Below, piece after piece: positions 38,501 through 51,387 of a stretch of DNA of 64,000 nucleotides. Under the pieces are notes generated by a model. That model was not told the DNA's origin and did no database searches. It worked only from the letters and a program-made list of their open reading frames with translations. A program made the translations under genes and the position numbers. Position 1 is the first letter of the stretch. Each line of letters begins with the position of its first letter. This DNA is from Octopus vulgaris (Eukaryota): positions 55,304,001-55,368,000 of the forward strand of contig OX597831.1 of assembly GCA_951406725.2 (NCBI GenBank), given 5' to 3'.

Positions 38501-38563
38501 ATGTCTTCATATGAGGATTGTAAAAAAGCCGCTGCTTATGCAGCTGTGAACCACCACGTTAAT
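38501..38563 (+). CDS. RPIA: Ribose-5-phosphate isomerase A, coding exon 1 (possible upstream in-frame start at 38387)
   Basis: aacATG context. Encodes MSSYEDCKKAAAYAAVNHHVN, gap-free against recalled human RPIA [21 protein letters not shown], then a perfect phase-0 donor gtgagt just before the expected N..V.GIGSGST exon. No exon 2 was found in the window. Confidence 0.85.
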
Positions 38564-38824
38564 GTGAGTTTCGGAAATTTGTTTATTTTTGCTTTAATTT
38601 CCTTAACATTTCTTCAAATGACATCATTAACGATGGCTCTTCTCATCGAATTTATTTTTCACTCGTTTTCACATTACCCTCTGTTTTTACTTCTACAATT
38701 TTAAATCTCTTACTTTTATTAAACCCATTTATCTGTTTTATAAGCTTATCTATGAACTTTGCTTTTTTCTTACCTGATGAAATAACTGCTGTTTGGCTCT
38801 GTCATCATCGATGGAAGATGCTGC

Positions 38825-38855
<31 letters not shown>

Positions 38856-39816
38856 ATATATTTTTTTTGGCCTTCGTACTTTAATATTCTTCAAACCATT
38901 CACTAGTTTTCGTTTTAATTTTCTGTTATTATCCGGAGATGCTTGAAAACTAATTCGTTTTATTATCAATTATCTATTCCTTACGCACCAGTTCTCATTA
39001 AATAACGGCACGTGTCTCTTAAAAGCACGTGCTACAAAAACTAAAGACCCATGAAAGAATGCCCTTATTTTTAGATTTTTATCACATTTAGAAGTTTTCT
39101 TCGTTGTTTTTTATTTCTCAAAATCAAAAACAGGAGGAGGAGAATTAGGTTTTAATTCTATTTAAAATATATATGAATTGTTAACGCTTTTACTCAAATA
39201 CTCTGCATGTATATTTGTAAAATTGCAGTTACTAATCTGTGTGTTTCCTTCGGAAAACAACTTTTATTCCATTAAAATAATTACTGAAAGCAAAACAACT
39301 TCTTTTAGTTCATTGACTAAAATCAGAATAACTTTGTTATTCAGGTTTTAGGTGAAACAGTAAAATATATAAGAAGTAATAAAATAAAGGAGGGGAACAT
39401 CCTTGAATGTTATTACTCATCGTTTTATCCTAAATTCATCCAACTGTGACGATTAAACTACACGTACTGTATATGTAATTAGTTGAAAACTTTCAATTAA
39501 TTGAAATTATCCATGCAATTAGTAAACAGAAACTTCTTTTATGGCTTAAAATGTAAACTACTAAAGCGTAGGGCTAAACACGCAAGGGAGATAACTCTAA
39601 TAAAATCAGCGAATCTAAATTTTTGCGAAAATAATTTGATACAGGCTGGAGTGGATTGTGTTTTTAAAGCCAATTAACGAAACCCATTTAGCATGTTGTA
39701 GTCTTCTTAGATCTCTTCATCGAAAAATGAATATTCTACTCAGCAAAAACTAAGGTTATGAATAAAGAAATATAGAAATTGAGGGGAATGTAGTTATATA
39801 AATATATATTTTGGAG

Positions 39817-40330
39817 AAAAACATAAACCCGGAGAAGCACACTAAATAAGTGTAGGGCAGTTAATACTATAATGGGGGAGGCCGGCTTATAGGGTTACGC
39901 TGGGTTTCTCATCCATAAGGAGTTTGGCCTTACGGCGTATCGTCAACTCCAAACCTGTTGGCCTAAGACTTCTTCAAAATACCCCACTCCATATTTTGAA
40001 GAGGTCTTGGGCCAACAGGTTTGGGGTCTGACGATACGCTATGGTCAAACACCGGGTAACCCCATAAACCGGCCTCCCCCATCATAATATATAGTTAATA
40101 AAAAAAAAACATATCAGAGAGAAGCACACTCTAAAAAATAGAGCAGTAATTATTATAAGATTACCCAGGGTTTGCCTTGTGGACAGCTCGTCAAACTATA
40201 TGAATACAAAATTTTAGAATATCTCAAATTCTGAGCGTTTCCTCACGTCCGCGATGTAGATATTTTAAAATCTGATGAGCTGTCCACAAGGCTTTGTGGG
40301 CGCGAAACCTCGGGTAACTCTATAAAATTT
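39817..40330. mobile_element. Two adjacent Penelope-like pLTR fold-backs with hammerhead ribozyme cores
   Basis: Hairpins 39866-40090 and 40154-40324, each preceded by a shared aaaacata..gagaagcacact..gcagt..tataa block, with (C)TGAYGA...(G)AAAC..GTA cores in all four arms. Confidence 0.75.
40262..40328 (+). ncRNA. Type I hammerhead ribozyme motif (canonical core, weak stem I)
   Basis: CTGATGA at 40272-40278; stem II gc(t)gtccacaa/ttgtgggcgc; GAAA at 40304-40307; stem III acc-tcg-ggt; cleavage triplet GTA ending at 40316. Confidence 0.6.
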
Positions 40331-40450
40331 TGGTGTTATATATTAATCAGCCGAAATTGCTAAGATGATCCGGTTCCTGACTGAAAATTAGAGGCTTCGA
40401 ATGACCTGTCTGTTTTTTTTGTGTCGTCTCCGTTCTTGTCCCCTTTTGTA

Positions 40451-40490
<40 letters not shown>

Positions 40491-41023
40491 GAGAGAGAGA
40501 GAGAGATTTTGTATTGAATTTAGAATCAGTTGAAGTTTAAAAACAAATGACTCCATACATTTTTGCATTGTCTATATGTTCAGACTTTGAACTTCATTAC
40601 AAAGATCTCAGTCAACGACTAATTTATCGTAACATAATTTAATTTTGCGTCGCCTCCCATTTCTTTATCAAACGCAGTAGTTTCTGAATACCTGTATTTT
40701 CCTGCCCTGTTTAGTAAAGAAGTAAACCCTAACGATATAACGTAGCGTTTTCGTTATTTTCCACATGTTCTTTCTATAAATATTTACTTTCATTTTAGCT
40801 CGATTGGTCCGCCATATGCGCGGAATTCTGGTTTAAGCACCCCAAATATGTGCTGCATTCTGGTTTAAGCAGCTCCCAAATAGGTTCTGTATTTAATGAG
40901 CTTGGTGATGGTCGTGCTTTGGCCAAACACTTTCCTTTCATTTATTTGAAAGAGTGTAAACGGTAGCTATACTGTCCAGGCAGTTTTTAAAATATTTTAT
41001 ATAATTTCCATATGTATTCAACT

Positions 41024-41191
41024 TTAACCCTTTGCTTGACCTGTGCATCAAATGTGAATGTCATGTTCCATGTGGCAGGCCTCATGTCCGTGCATCATTT
41101 ATGATATACATCCCTCATTTTTCTCAACCGCCAGAGTAACTTAGGAAAGGAAAGCTTTATATCACTCATAATATATGAGGAAAAGGGTTAA
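41024..41191. mobile_element. piggyBac-type MITE
   Basis: Ends ttaacccttt ... aaagggttaa (TTAA TSD, CCC/GGG termini). Confidence 0.6.
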
Positions 41192-43487
41192 CTGAGTCTG
41201 AAAGCAAGCCATGGACGTTTAGGACAAATTTATTAAAATGCTTCGGGTGGCCGTAATATGCTGCTACTCTAACTTTCAGAAAAGAATTCATAACTATAAT
41301 TATTTTTTAAATAATATTATTAATTGATTTCTCCTATCCTCTTGTCGTCCCCTCGCATTTCTTTTTCTTGTATTTTTTCAATTATTGCTTGCTTCTGTTT
41401 AGCCTTCGTGTCAAATTCTAGTCGAACAAACATGATCAAAAATGACTCATCCTACATTGTCAATTAGGCCGTTTTTCTTTTTTACACTAGGTATAGTGAG
41501 GGAAATTTAGCTGCTATTTTTAGCTGGTTGGGCTACTGCGTAGAAACTCCCACGCTGGTATTACTGGCGAGTCCATTTTTAATTGTAGATGATAAAGGAC
41601 GTCGTAATCTTGTTTTTTCATAGGGTAAATTCCTCTTCTTGGCAGTAGTTCAGCGAACTGTTGATTTTTTTTACTTATGCAATATATCTGAAAAGTTACA
41701 TTCTTTCACACAAACACTCGTGCAAATAAACATGAATCCTTGCCGATATTCTGAAACGGCAGTTATTTATGTTTCGCACTGGTCATTTCTTCTTTGTTTT
41801 CATAATACCCGCCCAAATCGCCTTGTTTGTCAGTAAATGTTTTGAAACATTTGCCTCTTTTTTATCATTACCTCATATTTTCTAAATTAAACAAAATGAA
41901 TGAAGACATGAACTCGTATGAAAGAAATACATATAAACAAACGCGAGCACACATGTATATTTGTGTGTGTGTACATACACGCGCACACAATATCTCAATT
42001 ATCTTTTTACAATTTCAATTGGCTATTTTCAAAAAATTTTATTTTTTTCTTGTGACCATATTTTTTCTGATAGTATCTGCAATGGCATGGCATCGCCAAC
42101 ATCTACTAACTCCCACAATTTTACCTTAATTTAACTCATTTCATGGCCACATGTATAAACATAATCGATGGCAGCGGAGTAAACAACAATCCGATTTTCT
42201 TCGAAAATTTTATTGCATAATTTCCAATGGAGGTAAACAACAGTTATGATTTTAAATGACAGCTTAATAGTTTATAATTTAGTCGTGCAAATAGCATGCC
42301 CCATTCAAAAATACATGCAATGCGTGGTAATAAAGAGGAAGCGCCAAATATTTCATGATGTTAATCATGTACGTATATGTGTGTAGTACAGTGGGTGTTA
42401 AATATAATTCCGAATAATTGTCATCGGAAGGCTTATCAAAATTGATAGGTCCCAAACTCGGCGATCCTCTTTATCTCAAAAAAAAAAAAAACTATTGTTA
42501 CCACAATTGGTAAAATTACCCCACAATTTTCGTATAGCCTGCTACATAATCACCATAATCGCCAAGAAATCAAAAAGAAAAGCGCGCTCGTTACGTTGTT
42601 TGTGTTCGGGTGATACTGGTAATGTAATCGTATATTGATTGTGAGAGTGGTGAAGTTTGATCGTTGTGGCATGGGTGTGTAATTAAGAGGCTTGCTTTTC
42701 CACCATGTGGCTTTAGGTTCGGTCCAACTGAGTGGCATCTTGTGCTGCTTGTCTTCTTCTGTAGCCCTGGGTCGACGGAAACTTGTGTGAGTTTGTGAGA
42801 AGGACATCCAGTCATAGAACATCTGCCTCAATAAACTCTGAGCCATGTAGGTATGGAAAAGTGGACATTAAAATAATGCTATACACACACATCATCATCG
42901 TTTTATGGGTCAGATGCAATTCGTTGAGGTAGATTTTCTAAGGTTTTGGAGGTCCTGGGGTTGATTTGTTCAACTAAAATCCTTCAAGACAGTGCTCCAG
43001 CATGGCTGCAGTCAAATGACCAAAACAAGTAAAAGAATATATATATATGTATACAAACACACACACACTGACATGCTATGTTTGTTTTTGTCAGTTTCCA
43101 TATACCAAATTCCTTGGGAAGGCTTTGGTCTGCCTGAGATTATAGAAGACACCTCAGGTACCAGACAGTGGGATTGAACCTGAAATCACATGGTTGGGAG
43201 GTGAACTTCTTAACCACACCAACCATACCTGTGCTTGGTGTTAAATGAATCAGGAGTGAATTTTCTGTTTAGAATGTCAGCTACTTCTGATGAAATTCCA
43301 AGTAAAGCTGGTGGTAATCTGAAAGGTTAAATATGTAAAGTGTATGCTTTCAATGTTATTTAGTACAATCCTCACAAAAGCAATTTTATATTCTAGCTGT
43401 ATTTTCTTATTTATATTTTACCTTATTTTTTCTTTTTACTTTCAATATATAAATTATTCAATATAAAAATCATTTAATATATATTTA

Positions 43488-43935
43488 TTTATTGCCCACA
43501 GGGGGCTAAACATAGAGGGGACAGACAACGGGATTAAGTCGATTACATCGACCCCAGTCCATAACTGGTACTTATTTAATTGACCTTCAAAGGATGAAAG
43601 GCAAAATCGACCTCGGCGGAATTTGAACTCAGAACGTAACGGCAGATGAAATACTGCTAAGCATTTTGCCTGGCATGATAATGATTCTGCCAGCTCGTTG
43701 CCTTTCATTTAATATATATTGAATGTTAGGATGCGGCGAGCTGGCAGAAACAGCACACTGGGTGAAATGCTTAGCGGTATTTTGTCTGTCTTTACATTAT
43801 AAGTTTAAATTCCACTGAGGTCGACATTTCCTTTCATCATTGCAGGGTCGATAAGTATCAGTCAAGTACTGGGGTCGATCTAATTGACTGGCCCCCTCCC
43901 CAAAAATGTTGGGCCTTGTGTCTAGAATAGAAAAG
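43488..43935. mobile_element. Two family-B SINEs in head-to-head orientation
   Basis: Minus copy at 43488-43705 and plus copy at 43731-43935. Confidence 0.85.
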
Positions 43936-45209
43936 AATATATATTGGTTGTTAGTCTTGTTAAATTGGTGCCTCTCTATTATTTGATCAGTCCTGATTCA
44001 CTAAACCTATGATGACAGCTATTTTAAGCTGTGACTGTCCTATCTATCACGGTCAGGCATCCATAGTCACATTATCCAGCATGTCCTTCCCCTTCTTAAG
44101 ACTGAGGTGTGATTTCAAGGAGATTCTGGTTGCTATTGTAGCTTGTTGAGTGACTGTGCGGCAGCTTAACCAGTGAGCAAAACATGTGGTGGTGTCTATT
44201 ACTGAATCAAGCTAAAAATTAAAACAGTTTAGTTATAATGGAATTCTTGACTAAATTGATATAACTAGTATTAAGATTAACAGTCTTTGCTTACCCAGAT
44301 GCATTGTCATAGCTTTTGAACTATAATTAAACAGAGGTTGTCTTACTAATTAACGGCTTTCCAAAATAGTAATTTTTAACCGAGCAGTAATGTCAAAGCG
44401 AAGGTACAGTTTGACATGTTCTTGTGTATAGTTTTTGTCTTACATTTCCGTCATTGGATTGTGGCTATGCTGGGTCATCATCTTGAAATGTTTTAGCCAA
44501 ATAGATTGGCCTCAGTACTATTCATTTTAAGCTCAGTATATATTCTATTGGTTGTCAAGTGGTGGTGGGGAAAGAAGCAAAAAGACACATGCACACATAT
44601 CTATACAACAGTTTCCATCTGCCAAATTCAATCACAAGGCTTTGGTCAACCTGAAGTTATAGTAGAGGATCCTAGTTGGTGTTGCACATTGGGACTGAAC
44701 CCAAAACACATGGTTACAGAGAACTGTTTGAATCGTTAGTAGTACCTTTCTATTATTCATTCATTGCTGTGGTTCTCAACCTGGGTACATATAAGATTTT
44801 GCTACTAAAATTTAAATGCAATAAATTGATCATACTTCTACAATACACAAAATATTTTTTTTTATGCAATTTCTAACATCAAATTATAAAAATATAATTG
44901 GATATTTTAAACCTTGAAAGGCCATGGGGGGGTTCATCCAAGTAAGATAGGAAAAAAAAAAGGCAACTGGTGTTGGTTTGTTCATGCCCTTGCAACTTAG
45001 CTGGCTGGAAGAAGTAACTGATAGAATAATTACCAGCCTTAAAAAGGGGAAATAAGTACTGGGGTCAATTTGTTTGACTAAGCCCTTCAAGGTGGTGTCC
45101 CAGTATGGTTGCAGTCCAATGATTGAAACCTGTAAAAGATAAAGGTAATATTTCTTTCAAATGCTCAGACATCTCCTTAGAAGTAGATGATTGCATCCAT
45201 TATCTATAT

Positions 45210-45852
45210 CAGTGATTCCCAACAAGGGGCATATGCTCCACAGTGCAGCCTGGGAAAATTGTGATGGGGCATAGTTCTGTAGTCACCAAGCACAAGGTTC
45301 TCATTAAAGTAATTGACTTTTTTTTTTCTTAGTAATGTTCTTTTTTTGTACTCATAGGCGTAGGAGTGGCTGTGTGGTAAGTAGCTAGCTTACGAACCAC
45401 ATAGTTCTGGGTTCAGTCCCACTGCGTGGCACCTTGAGCAAAGTGTCTTCTACTATAGCCTTGGGCTGACCAAAGCTTTGTGAGTGGATTTGGTAGACGG
45501 AAACTGAAAGAAGCCCGTCATATATATGAATATATATCTATGTATGTATGTGTCTATGTTTGACAACCGATGGTGGTGTGTTTACGTCCCTGTAACTTAG
45601 CGGTTCGGCAAAAGAGATCGATAGAATAAGTACTAGGCATCCAAAGAATAAGTCCTGGGGTTGATTTGCTCGACTAAAGGCGGTGCTCCAGCATAGCCAC
45701 AGTCAGATGACTGAAACAAATAAAAGAGTTACCAGTAGATTCTCTTATATTAAATGAAAGTGTTTTGGGTTTTTTTTCCAAACACTGGTGGGGCATACAT
45801 TTTTCTGGAAAGTTATAGTGGGGCCTGGGGGAAAATAGGTTGGGAGACACTG
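45210..45852. mobile_element. hAT-type MITE with a nested family A SINE (45356-45730)
   Basis: TIRs cagtgattcccaac / gttgggagacactg and 8-bp TSD atctatat / atctagat. Confidence 0.8.
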
Positions 45853-45899
45853 ATCTAGATAAACAATTTAGCAGTGTTGGAGAATGTTTCAAAAATACA

Positions 45900-46405
45900 G
45901 TAATAGCCAGAGAAAGAATTGAGTAGAAAAGTTCAAGGAACTATCATTTCTGCTGGTAATAAAAGAATTCTCTCTTCAAGTGAAAGGTTGATTGTACAAG
46001 GTCTGTATACAAAGTGCAGTGTTGCATGATAGCAAAACGCAGTCAATGAGTTTGAAAATGTGAGGGCTGAAAAAATTGCAGCATGCATGATCTGCTGGAC
46101 ATATAATGGCAGTGTGCATGAATAACAGAACTCAGTTGTAAAACTGAGGAAAAATGGGATATAAGAGAAATCAGATCTGATGAGCTGAGTTGGTATGGAC
46201 ATGTGCTGCATATATATGAAGGATGATGGCTGGGTTAGCCAAATATCAAGCAATCCAAGTGGAAGGAATCTGTGGAAGAGGAAGACATAGGCAGAAACTA
46301 AGTGCAAGATGCTGAACCCCATGAAACTGACATGATTGCAATAAGTGTTGAGAGACTATTGGAGAAGACCCACCTAATCAAGAGAAGCATGAACAAAATG
46401 GGATG
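45900..46405 (+). mobile_element. Old RTE LINE 3' fragment
   Basis: Similar to 18720-19240 (ttggtatggacatgtg, ggaaggaatctgtggaagaggaag). Confidence 0.6.
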
Positions 46406-46416
46406 TTTAATCCTCC

Positions 46417-46607
46417 TTAAGCATTCAGATTACTACCAAGTGTAATGCTTATTCATTCACACTGTTTTGAATTGATCATGCATTATCTTGTTTATTTTTA
46501 GAATAATATTGTAGGATAGATATGAGAGACCAGATCTGGCTAGTTTGAACATAAAACAGATAGAATATTTGGGCCTGGTATGGCCAGTTTAAATGCTAAC
46601 AGATTAA
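46417..46607. mobile_element. TTAA-flanked MITE family (also 48078-48229, 62229-62411, 63483-63643)
   Basis: Shared agcattcagattac...ccagtttaaatgctaa.gggttaa sequence. Confidence 0.7.
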
Positions 46608-47344
46608 CAGTGGATATATTGATGGTGGCAGCAATAATAACAATAATGAGCGGGAGAAATGGTGAAAAAGAATTTGAGAACCGATTACATAAGTATTACA
46701 ATTTGTTCCTGATAGTACAGTTTATGTGCTATAGCCTATCCTAACTTATGAAAGATACTATACAAGGAGGAAGTGGTCTATAATTAATTCATACCTTAGT
46801 CTGATCTAATTAAAATAATTCGGTACTCTGAAGTAGGAAGTTGTCTGTAATTAATTCATAGACATGAAAGTAAAGACAGCGTGTATGCAAAAACCTGTCA
46901 AACTTTATAATTAGTTTGTTTTGGCAATGAAAACAAACTAAAATATTGTGTTGGCAATGGAAAGAAGCTAAAATATTAATGAAGAATGGTGTACTATTGT
47001 CTTTATAACAAGGAACAATGCTTTTGTTCTAGTCTTTGGGTAATTACCAGTAAAATCAGAATTACTAATTGTTGTGATATTTTTGTGTAAGTTTCCGTTT
47101 CAGTATATTAACAATGGTGACTTTCATAATGATTAATGTTATACTCTATTTTCTACATATATCATCAAATAATCTAATTTGATAGGTTGATATTATCTCC
47201 TGTATTGTGAGAGGAATATAAACTGCATGTTGAAAGAACCCCATTTGTATTGCTAAATCTTAGGGCCCCCTCCCCATTGATCATGGTTGGCCATTGGATT
47301 CTACACCTGGAAAGTTCCTCCTCTGGATGCAGACTTACTCTTTG

Positions 47345-47728
47345 ACTCTTTTACTTGTTTCAGTCATTTGACTGCAGCCATGCTGGAGCACCGCCTTTAG
47401 TCGAGCAAATCGACCCCAGGACTTATTCTTTGTAAGCCTAGTACTTATTCTATAGGTGTCTTTTGCTGAACTGCTAAGTTACGGAGACATAAACACACCA
47501 GCATCGGTTGTCAAGCGATGTTGGGGGGCGGGACTGACACAGACACACAAACATATATATACATATATACAATGGGCTTCTTTCAGGTTCTGTCTGCCAA
47601 ATCCACTCACAAGGCTTTGTTCAGCCCGAGGCTATAGTAGAAGACACATGCCCAAGGTGCCACGCAGTGGGACTGAACCAAGAGCCATGTAGTTGGTAAG
47701 CAAGCTACTTACCACACAGCCACTCCCG
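47345..47728 (-). mobile_element. SINE family A
   Basis: Reverse complement of the family A consensus. Confidence 0.9.
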
Positions 47729-50700
47729 AGCAAAATGTTTTTGTAGAAGACTGGCTCTTTCATGCATGCAAGTCACCTCTCTCCACTTCAGTGATTATGC
47801 CAAAGGCAAAGCAAGGCTGATGCAACTTGACACTAGTGTCATTGTAGGCATTGTCGTCAAAATGCAATCAGCCAGAATAGATACCACAAAGCATCTCATC
47901 CAACAATCTGTAAAGCTTCTGCCAGTCTACTGTCCTGGACTTGTACTTTTTTATCGACACCAAAAGGTCAAAAGGCAAAGTCAATATTCTGCAGAATTTA
48001 AGTTCTGAGCGCAAGTTTGGAACAAATGGTGCGAGGCATTTTATCCAATGCTCTGACATCTACCAATATTTTGTTACTAACCCTTTAGCATTGGGATTAC
48101 TTTGAATTAACTCTGCATTATCTTGTAGCTTTTAGAACAGGTGTTAGAGTCTGAATCTAGTCAGTTTGAATGTAAAACAGGTAGAATATTTTGGGTCGGA
48201 TATGGCTGGGTTAAATGTTAAAGGGTTAAGTGGGTGAAGAATATTTACAGCTTGGAAATTAGAAAGAAGTGGTAAGATAAAATGGATGTTGGCATGGCTG
48301 TGTGGTTAAGCGATTTACTTCGCAGCTGTGTGGCCCCTAGTTTAATTCTGTTCTATGGCGACTTGTGCAAGTATTCTTTCCTTTTTTTTATTCCCTACTA
48401 TAACCTCAAATGAACCAAAGCCTTATTGAGTGAAGTTTGCTAGAAACTGTGGAAACCCATCAGAATTAGTTCTGTTCTGGAGTGTTAGGGTTAGTCTGTT
48501 ACCTAGTTTAATGTTACCATCTGGCCTTTGGGTGCTCTTAGGCCACTTAGTTGTAAGTGTTCAAGCTAGATCTCTGATCTGAGGATAAATTTACCTAACA
48601 CACTCCGTAAAGTGGTTGACGTTAGGAGTGACATCCAGCTATAGTAAAAAAAAAAAGTAAAGTTACCTTCTTGAGTCATACCTACTCATAAGGGCTGGTT
48701 TCCCCAGTTTCATAGCATATATATATATATATATTTGATACCGGGATACTGGTCCTTCACAGGATTACTCATTTTTGTCAGCTGAGTGGACTGGAGCAAC
48801 ATGAAATGAGGTGTTTTGTTCAAGAACACGACGTGTCACTCAGTCCAGGAATCAAAACCATTATAACCACTAAGCCATGCACCTCTGTAGAAACCAAGCC
48901 AAGTCAGACTGCAGCCTGGTGCAGATCTCCAGCTTGCCAGCCTGGACAACAGACATTAAATGATGATGGTGAATCATGGAAGGACTGCAAAAGTTCATGG
49001 TCTCTATTCTCTAATTCATTAGAAGAAAAATCAAGAGGTACAAATTATGTGAATAGACTGATCAAACAAGGCAACATTCTAAGAAAACAATTTTTTTTCT
49101 TTCTTTTTAAGATGTTATAGCAATCTAGTTAGGAATGTTATTCTCTGAAATGTCAGCTCAAATCAAAATGATTTGTTACTGCTTGTGTAAACTATTACTA
49201 TCTGTTTCATAGTCAGGCCACTGGCAACTAATCTGGTCACCCTACTCTAATCAAATAATTTTTTTTTTATACAATAAAGGATATATTGAAATGGCGTAGT
49301 CCTAGATGCACTGTCTGAATGGAATAGTTGTGATTGGAAAGGTTTTGATTATAGGTCTATTTGATTAGATAAAAACATGCAAATATCTCAAACTGGAATA
49401 AACTTTAATATTGTGAATGGAGGTTAGGCCTACTGTGATGTAACTTTTTCGTTACTATATTTCTAACCGAAATACATCCCTTATGTGTTTCACTTAAATT
49501 CTAAAATAATTTTGAATTTCGGCTGGTTTCATAAAACAACTTTTAACTCTTTTGTTTATCTAAGATTGTGATTTTTAGAACACTATTTAACAAATGGTTC
49601 TTAACTAAATCTGTTTCATAATTTTTGTCTCAAAGTGAATTTAGTTACAGCTAAATCCAACAAAATATAAAGTTATTAAAAATGTTTTTTAAATATCAAT
49701 ATAGACAATGAGTTATTAGGTAACTTTCAATAAATATACAACAAAATTTTAATAGAGGAAGAATTGTGCAAATTACTGGATTATCTCTTGGTTGAACTTA
49801 ACAGATATAAGACAGGTGTACATAAAGGTAAAACAAAATGAAATAGGTGTAACATAAAGGTAAAACAGAATGAGATATTGGGATTTGTCTTTGAAGAAAA
49901 TTAGGAAATGAAGTTCATGCCACCAGCTAAATGTTAGTGAAAAGTAACACAGATATCTCAAGCTGGAATAAATTTTAATATTGTGAAGAAGAGAAGTCCT
50001 TTGAATGGAAGACTTGCTGGGATTTAATGTATGTGATAAACTCTTTGATGCTTCTGGTTTATTACATTAAAATTCTTCTGTTGGAGGTTACCTGGACTAT
50101 AAATTACAGAATAACTTTGTTGATAAGTTAACACAAATTCTATGTGAATGGAAACTGCTTTGCCTATCTATTTTGTTGCCTTTTTTAAAATTATTTTAAA
50201 GACTTTTTTACAGACAGAATCAAACACCTATATGATGGACTTTACTCAGTTTTCATGTACCAAATCCACTCAAGGCTGTGGTCAGCTTAGGGCTACTGTA
50301 AAAAAACACTTGCCTAAGGTGCCAAGCGGTGGGATTGAACCTAAAACCACATGGTTGGAAAGCAAACTTTGTACCGCACACTTATTGCTTGTAGATCAGT
50401 TCTTATTTACTTAGTTGACAATGTAATATGATATTCAGTAGCATGGCAGCAAGATGGCTGAATCATTACCATGCTGGGCAATATACTTTGCTGCATTTCA
50501 TCTGCCTTTACATTCAGAGTTCAAATACCACTGAGGTCGACTTTGCCTTTCATTCTTTTGGGGTTGATAAAATAAGTACTAATTGAGCACTGGGGTTGAT
50601 GTAATCAATTTATCCCCTCCCTGAAATTGCTGGCCTTGTGCCAAAATATGAAACTAGTATGACAGTAGGATTCAGCAGTAAAATCTGTTATATGTAACCC

Positions 50701-51387
50701 AATATGTGCCATGTCTGTAAATCTTATTTCAAGGTTGTTAACAGTAACAAATGGCTACAGTACAGCTTTCTAGACTGAAATCTGTTGGTAGAGATTTTTT
50801 TGTTGTTATTGTAATGTGTCGTTACCCATAGTTTTTATCTTTTTTAAAAAAATGTGTTGCTTTCATTTTGTAATACAGGTTGAGGACCATTTCAAAATAA
50901 AAACTGGTCAAGCAAAATTACTATTTATTACCTGTTTTGTTTTAGTCATTATACTGTGGCCATGCTGGAACACCACCTTGAGGAATTTTAATCAAACTAA
51001 TCAACTTCAGTACTTATTCCATTGGTCTCTTATGCTAAACTGCTAAGCAGACATAGAAGCACCAACACCAGTTGTCAAGCAGTGGTGGTGAGGGACAAAC
51101 ACAGACACAAAGATACATATATAGATATATATGATGAGCTTCTTTCAGTTTCCATCTACCAAATTCATTCACAATGCTTTTGGTTGGCCTGAGGTGTCAT
51201 GCAGTGAGACTGAACCCAGAACCCTGTGGTTAGGAAGCAAACTTCTTACCACGCAGCCATGCCTGTTCCTTTATTTATTATGTTTATTTTATAAATTTCT
51301 TTCCTAGGTTATGTTTCTTTTCGTCTTTTTCTTTAAAGCTCATTGAAGGAGGTTAATCTAAAAAAAAATAGGATAGCAAATTATTAT

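Noticed and set aside
43273-43325. Exon-like segment ttttctgtttag|aATGTCAGCT..AAAG|gttaaa (MSATSDEIPSKAGGNLK)
   Set aside because: It gives a stop in the RPIA frame, has no RPIA similarity, and the donor is weak.
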